IMG/VR virus record: IMGVR_UViG_3300028908_000007
Location: 1-64,000 of that record
Source of the DNA: a virus
Strand: one strand, 5' to 3'
DNA length: 64,000 bases
A program made the translations under genes and the position numbers. The notes below the pieces were generated by a model, which ran no database searches, was not told the DNA's origin, and saw only the letters and a program-made list of their open reading frames with translations. Shown piece by piece: positions 58,402 to 64,000 of the stretch; positions within the stretch are counted from its first letter, which is position 1, and every line of letters starts with the position of its first letter.

Positions 58402-60243
58402 GTGTCCATAAAATACGATTACGAAACAGTAGGTCCTGATGAACTTACTGTTCTTGGTATTGTAGCTGATTTAGACGATACTGGAAATTATGACGCTGAC
58501 TCCTTAGATGGGAAACACGGGGAAGATATACTACGAAAGGATCAATTACAAGAACTCATGGATGAGAAAGTAAATCGCTTTACTACGACTACTGCATTAG
58601 TTACTCCAATAATTCTATCTCCAGCTAACGGTGCTTCTAACATTAAAGAAGTTATAATAGAGATTTCTGTTAAGGATTCTTGGAACGTAGATATTGATTT
58701 AATACAAAAAGATTTATACTGGGATGTAGAAATTGCTACCGATAGTGCTTTTACCAATATCTTTAGATCTATATATAACGATGCTGCAAATCTTCCAGTA
58801 TGGCGTCCTGATCTATTGGATAATACGACATATTATGCAAGGGCACGGATAATACAAAATGGTATAAAAAGCAACTGGTCTCCTATAGTTACATTTACTA
58901 CAGGGACTACGCAGTATGCAAAAATCACAAATGATTCTGCTAAAGCTATCCATAGGGAAGATAACTCCAGGACATCATCAGTGCCTGTTGTTAGAATACC
59001 TAGCGCAAATACTATTATAAAAAAGAATGTTGGTAACTATATTCGTACGGAAATTTCAGTATTTAAAAATAATAAAAGAGCAATGAAATATGGTAGTGGT
59101 ACTCCTAGTACTGCTACCACACCTCCAGACGCTGTATGGAACGATGTAGTAACCAATTCAACTTCTGGTATTTCATATATACTTATAGATCCTACGGTTC
59201 TTGAAGCAGATACAGAATATTACTGTAAGATTCGGTATGTATATCAAGGTACGTCAGGAATTAGTGAAATAAAAACCAATGCTACTGGATTTGTATTCAA
59301 AACTAAAAAGTACATTAGAGATGTATCGCATATTCAATTACCCACTTATTTTACAAAAGGGCTTTATACTGGTCCTGGTGTTACTATCCAAACAACACAA
59401 CCTCCAGTAGGAAAAATCGATAGCACTACTATTGTAATGCAAGCACATATTAGTGCTGCTGAAACTATATTATATCGAATGGAGGTAAAACCAGAAGGAT
59501 TTGTACCCTATAGAGTCATACCGAATACTAATGGTGTTTTACAACAAAAACAAGCGCTCTGTTATCTTGCATCTGGACAGTGTCTGATGATTGATACTAG
59601 CACACTTGAGACGCATATATTGCATCTGTGGGGTGCTGTTCAACAAGTAGGATCATTGGAGGCTGTCTCTACACCATCCAATAGAAAACATCCTGGATTG
59701 GTACGTTTGTATAATGGAGACATATATGCTATATACTCAGCACAAGGTGGTGTAAACGACAAGAAGTTAATGAAGTTTGATACTACTACCAATACATGGA
59801 GTTCTGCTGGTTTGAATCAGGGATTTACAAAACGAGATGCCTTTACAATTGCCGCTATAGATGAACGATATTTTATGGTGTTTGGCGGTTATAATCCAGA
59901 CGATAACACCAGACCTACATTCGCAGAGATATATGATTCTGTAGACAACCAATGGTCTATGACTCCTACCATACCTCAAATGGCATATAATTATGCCTAT
60001 AATGTAGGTAATGGTATTCCTGTAGAATTATACACAGGTATCGTAGCGTTCGTTGGAGTAGAAACAATACAAAACAACGCTGCAACATACGTATGGGATA
60101 ACCACAAACAAACATGGACTTTTTACATAACAGACGATGGAGCTCTTGGTAGCGGAGGCGGTGGAGCTACATTGCATCCTGGCGAAGCATATGGATTCTC
60201 AGGATACAAACTAATAACAAGCCTTGTCAAGGTGGAGTTGTAG
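58402..60243 (+). CDS. Fibre/RBP-like paralog 4 (Fn3-like + Kelch)
   Basis: YDADSLDG N-motif; YYARAR..SNWS; FDTTTNTWS, VFGG and YDSVDNQWS motifs. Confidence 0.6.
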   Translation: MSIKYDYETVGPDELTVLGIVADLDDTGNYDADSLDGKHGEDILRKDQLQELMDEKVNRFTTTTALVTPIILSPANGASNIKEVIIEISVKDSWNVDIDLIQKDLYWDVEIATDSAFTNIFRSIYNDAANLPVWRPDLLDNTTYYARARIIQNGIKSNWSPIVTFTTGTTQYAKITNDSAKAIHREDNSRTSSVPVVRIPSANTIIKKNVGNYIRTEISVFKNNKRAMKYGSGTPSTATTPPDAVWNDVVTNSTSGISYILIDPTVLEADTEYYCKIRYVYQGTSGISEIKTNATGFVFKTKKYIRDVSHIQLPTYFTKGLYTGPGVTIQTTQPPVGKIDSTTIVMQAHISAAETILYRMEVKPEGFVPYRVIPNTNGVLQQKQALCYLASGQCLMIDTSTLETHILHLWGAVQQVGSLEAVSTPSNRKHPGLVRLYNGDIYAIYSAQGGVNDKKLMKFDTTTNTWSSAGLNQGFTKRDAFTIAAIDERYFMVFGGYNPDDNTRPTFAEIYDSVDNQWSMTPTIPQMAYNYAYNVGNGIPVELYTGIVAFVGVETIQNNAATYVWDNHKQTWTFYITDDGALGSGGGGATLHPGEAYGFSGYKLITSLVKVEL

Positions 60244-62277
60244 ATGGGAATTTTCAAAAGAGATGATTTAGTAAACACTATAGTAAACTACGCATTACAA
60301 GCTGTAAAGAATACCCCACTGGATGTAGATTATGCCTCAGATACCGATTCTACGTATTTACAAACTACTGAGGCTGCTTTTAGACTCTATCAGAGTGTTG
60401 AGTTCCATGGTTATTTTCCAGAGCTTATTCTTAAGGTAAAAAGAGTAGACGGAATTTATAAAGCAGCTCTTGCTCCCGTTTGGACAACTGCTGTAAATTT
60501 GGAAGTTAAACACAATATTACAGAATGGCAGTTATCGACTACGAATACATTTAGTAATGGTCCAAATACATATTCCTTTATTACCAGACATCCCGATGAT
60601 TTACTGGAAATCGATATACCACAATCCTTCTTACTTACTAATCCTACGTCTACTATTTATCTTAGAGCTAGAATTGCATCTGGTAATATTTCGTCTGATT
60701 GGAGTAATACGGCTACACTTCCACCGATACAGGCAATAACAGATCCATCAAATGCTATTGTTAGGAATAACTTAATACCTTACGATGTATACCTCAGATT
60801 TCGATATGTAATTGGTGGAATAGAAGGCGAGTATTATATTACAGATATTAGTGGCGCTGAATTGACAGATTCCTCGTTTAGTAGTGATAGAATTTCTCAT
60901 GTAGAAATTGCTGTAGAAAAACCAGGAGAAGGGATACTATTTAGTAGAAAAACTACTGGCGGAAATGTCCTTATTAGGACACCAAAAGAGATTGACAAAG
61001 AAGGACAGTATAGAATATGGTATCGTGTATGGAGTGGTAAACATAAGACCATTTGGAGATACAATAATATATATGTGGATAGGGTACAACCGACTGTTGT
61101 TACAAAGATGTATAATCGCTGGGGTAAGGCTTATGGAGTAATAACAGAAGTATTTGATAGTATTGTATTTGGAGCAGGACGAGCAATACGAGATTTAGAT
61201 GGATCTGTGTACAGCGAAGAAAATAAAATGTTTATACATCCCGTATATGAGACAGAAAATGATTACTTTATGGCAAACAACGGACTTCCTGCTGGCGCTA
61301 CCTGGGGTGGTAGTTTTGTGGCGTCGCATCATCCAACAGCACCGCATACGGATATAAAGAAAGGGGTAATATATGATACTCCAAATCTGGATGTAAGTGG
61401 TGCCAACTTCACTACGCCGACGCGTAGAAGATTTCGTAAATTTAATTTACAGGATAATGCTGCTGGAAATGTAATATACCAGAGTAGAAATTATACCAAC
61501 TTTTCTGTTAGAAGAACGTATGTACAAAGTTGTTATATCGGTACTAGGAATATGGAATCTAACCCAACATACCAAAACGCCGCTGCATTTCCAAACTCTG
61601 ATGGCTCGATATATGCCAGTAATTTTATATTTGTCTGTGGTGGACTTTACAGACCAAATAACTCCAACGATGTTTATCCAGCTAGAATGGCAAAACTCAT
61701 TAGAAGAAATCTAGCAAATAATGGTTGGGACACTATCCCTCTCCCAGGAATGCCTAGATACCTATGGCATCATTCAGTAACCGATGTAGGTATAGGTGCG
61801 TTAGTTACAGGCGGCTATTACTGGCCATATGATCCGGCTGTTACACCTCCAGTTTATGGAGAGGATGACGAAGACACTGTGCGTATGTCCAATCGTACCT
61901 ACTTATGGCGCCCGAATAAATCTGGCGCTGATTATTGGACAGGACATTGGTATAGAATGGCAGATCTTCCATTTCCTATATCCAGCCATTGTATGGAGCA
62001 TTTACGGGATGATACTGTATTGATTATAGGCGGTCAAATAACAGAACATAATAAATATTTGGAAGGTAAATACTCATCTCCTATTATCTTTGAATTCAAT
62101 TATGTAACAGGAGAGTATAACATAATAGGATATCTTCCAGAACCGCTGTACGCGGCTGCTTCTGTGAAAGATCAGTTAGGGAGGATTTGGATATTCGGAG
62201 GAGAAGGTCTGAGAGCTCGACCTGGATCATATACGAATGTCCAACCAATTCGCAATGGTCTTCGGTTGATTTATTAG
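60244..62277 (+). CDS. Fibre/RBP-like paralog 5 (Fn3-like + Kelch)
   Basis: YLRAR..SDWS; VCGG, VTGG, IIGG and IFGG Kelch repeats. Confidence 0.6.
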   Translation: MGIFKRDDLVNTIVNYALQAVKNTPLDVDYASDTDSTYLQTTEAAFRLYQSVEFHGYFPELILKVKRVDGIYKAALAPVWTTAVNLEVKHNITEWQLSTTNTFSNGPNTYSFITRHPDDLLEIDIPQSFLLTNPTSTIYLRARIASGNISSDWSNTATLPPIQAITDPSNAIVRNNLIPYDVYLRFRYVIGGIEGEYYITDISGAELTDSSFSSDRISHVEIAVEKPGEGILFSRKTTGGNVLIRTPKEIDKEGQYRIWYRVWSGKHKTIWRYNNIYVDRVQPTVVTKMYNRWGKAYGVITEVFDSIVFGAGRAIRDLDGSVYSEENKMFIHPVYETENDYFMANNGLPAGATWGGSFVASHHPTAPHTDIKKGVIYDTPNLDVSGANFTTPTRRRFRKFNLQDNAAGNVIYQSRNYTNFSVRRTYVQSCYIGTRNMESNPTYQNAAAFPNSDGSIYASNFIFVCGGLYRPNNSNDVYPARMAKLIRRNLANNGWDTIPLPGMPRYLWHHSVTDVGIGALVTGGYYWPYDPAVTPPVYGEDDEDTVRMSNRTYLWRPNKSGADYWTGHWYRMADLPFPISSHCMEHLRDDTVLIIGGQITEHNKYLEGKYSSPIIFEFNYVTGEYNIIGYLPEPLYAAASVKDQLGRIWIFGGEGLRARPGSYTNVQPIRNGLRLIY

Positions 62278-62286
62278 GATTTCTTA

Positions 62287-64000
62287 ATGGGTAGAGAAAG
62301 AAAAGGTAAATTTATTAATTGGCTTCCTCAAACATCGCGTGGTGGTGTTTTACACAATTCAGGTGCAGGAGCCATAGTCAATGCCGATAAGATACGTTCG
62401 ACTTTAGTAACACAATTAGCCAGAGAAAGTATAGTTGATTCAGATATCAATAATCTCGTTAATAGCACCAATACTTACTTTATAAAGAAGCCAGAAATAC
62501 TTACACCTACAGATGGACAGGTATTAACTGGAAATGATAAGATATTGCTTGTACCTCCAATACTAGGAAACTATGTAACCGGACAACATATTGCTACACA
62601 TTGGAGAATATTAAATAGTTCTTCTAACTCTCTTGCCAATTCTATCTATAACGAAGTGGTGTATGGAGAGGGTTTGGTAAGTCTTCCTCTTCCTGAAGGA
62701 TTATCTCCAAATACAGATTATTGGGTAGTAGCAAAAATACACATAGCTTCTAAAGAAAATGAATTCGATAACTGGCTACCTAGTGAATGGTCAAATATTG
62801 TTAGATTTAGAATTGATAATAATGCGACATTACAACCCATTCCAGACATAGAAGAACTCATACCTTACGAAAATGCCGACCATATAAATAGATTTCGTTT
62901 TAAAGAAAATAATAAGGAAACATATGCAGCGGGTTCTACTTATAAAGTATTAAAGGTACGTGCTGAGATTACTTCAAACGAAATGTCACGACCTAATAAT
63001 AGTAATGTAATTCTGATTAACAAAACCATAACCAATTATGGAGTGGATCTTACTTTCCCGGAATATGGAAATACTGATCCAGTAGAAACAGAATTAGCCA
63101 GAAGAATATTAGAAAAAGAAAATACAGCCCGATGGAAAGGTATTTTTACATTCTGGTATGAAGACTTAAGTGGGAATAAAGGACTACCAATAACTAAGAA
63201 AGCACAACTAGTATATAAAGAACCAAAATTACTTAACCCATTTCCATACGCTCTTAAGGTAGCCAAAAATACTACGAGTATGGCCACACTTATCGGTAGT
63301 GGCGCTGATAAAATAGGTCATGGATCAAATGCTGATAGATCAAGAAACATAATGCTGATACGATATGATTATACTACTGCAAATGGAGGCATTACTCGTT
63401 TCTGGATGTATGATAAGGTACGGAATACTTGGCTATGGAGAGGATCTCATCCAGAAACAAATTACTATACAAATATGCATAATATTGCTTTTATAAACTC
63501 AGAAGAAGTATTGATTGCAGGAGGTTGTAAAGATAACACCTCATTAGCCAATCCTACAGTTAGTAATGTATTAAATACTACCTATGTTTTCAATGTACGT
63601 ATAAATACATGGACACAGAAAGCTAACTTACCTACGCGGTTATTCTCCTCCAATAGTGTAATTACGAAGAACGGCGACATATACATCGTAGGTCTGGATA
63701 GAAACAATTCCTATAGATTAATGATAATACATTATGATCTAGCAACAGATACACATACTGTTGTTTATACAGAAACCAACACAACACCAAACGTACAAGT
63801 ATACAACGTTCTTCCATTTAAAAATGGTTTTATCTATAGTCTTACCAAAAAATATGCGGGTAATTCGGATCTTAGAACACACTTCTACTATGTTGATATC
63901 ACTGGTACTTCGTATAATGCAACTTATACACTACTGAATTCGTTAAATGATCCTACGCAGAGAAGACATAGATATCCTCTAGCACCTGCACCAGGCGGTG
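62287..64000 (+). CDS. Fibre/RBP-like paralog 6 (Fn3-like + Kelch), runs off the window; absent from the ORF track
   Basis: ATG 62287: MGRERKG...VNADKI...KPEILTP...LSPNTDY...SEWS...LIAGG...NTWTQKANLP...IYIVG. Confidence 0.6.
   Translation, partial: MGRERKGKFINWLPQTSRGGVLHNSGAGAIVNADKIRSTLVTQLARESIVDSDINNLVNSTNTYFIKKPEILTPTDGQVLTGNDKILLVPPILGNYVTGQHIATHWRILNSSSNSLANSIYNEVVYGEGLVSLPLPEGLSPNTDYWVVAKIHIASKENEFDNWLPSEWSNIVRFRIDNNATLQPIPDIEELIPYENADHINRFRFKENNKETYAAGSTYKVLKVRAEITSNEMSRPNNSNVILINKTITNYGVDLTFPEYGNTDPVETELARRILEKENTARWKGIFTFWYEDLSGNKGLPITKKAQLVYKEPKLLNPFPYALKVAKNTTSMATLIGSGADKIGHGSNADRSRNIMLIRYDYTTANGGITRFWMYDKVRNTWLWRGSHPETNYYTNMHNIAFINSEEVLIAGGCKDNTSLANPTVSNVLNTTYVFNVRINTWTQKANLPTRLFSSNSVITKNGDIYIVGLDRNNSYRLMIIHYDLATDTHTVVYTETNTTPNVQVYNVLPFKNGFIYSLTKKYAGNSDLRTHFYYVDITGTSYNATYTLLNSLNDPTQRRHRYPLAPAPGG

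Noticed and set aside
1-64000. Alternative genetic code, DGR/retron, chimallin gene
   Set aside because: Genes are full length under the standard code with all three stops used; no reverse transcriptase is seen; no ORF here could be recognised as chimallin.

Overview
AT-rich segment of a phiKZ-like (Chimalliviridae-type, probably nucleus-forming) jumbo phage, standard genetic code. Annotation rests on recognisable motifs plus recalled phiKZ gene order; no searches were run. It holds the core blocks: SbcD, gp67/gp68/PicA(gp69)/gp70-like genes, non-virion RNAP subunits and an SF2 helicase (3.3-17.2 kb); a lysis module (17.2-18.9 kb); DnaB, major capsid, nvRNAP beta-N, portal and virion genes (19.9-37 kb); RuvC, spanins, SbcC, tail spike, a degenerate RNase H, UvsX and a virion RNAP subunit (37-50 kb); two tRNAs; and at least 6 tandem paralogous Fn3/Kelch fibre-like genes (52.4-64 kb). 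Two things stand out. (1) A phage-encoded, catalytically intact IscB (OMEGA) with ~85 aa inserted after the bridge helix, a divergent upstream omegaRNA, a second structured element downstream and a 9-bp inverted repeat around the locus. (2) A dispersed ~90-100 bp quasi-dyad DNA element with ~11-bp phased arms, both intergenic and embedded in coding sequence, resembling strong-gyrase/DNA-wrapping sites.
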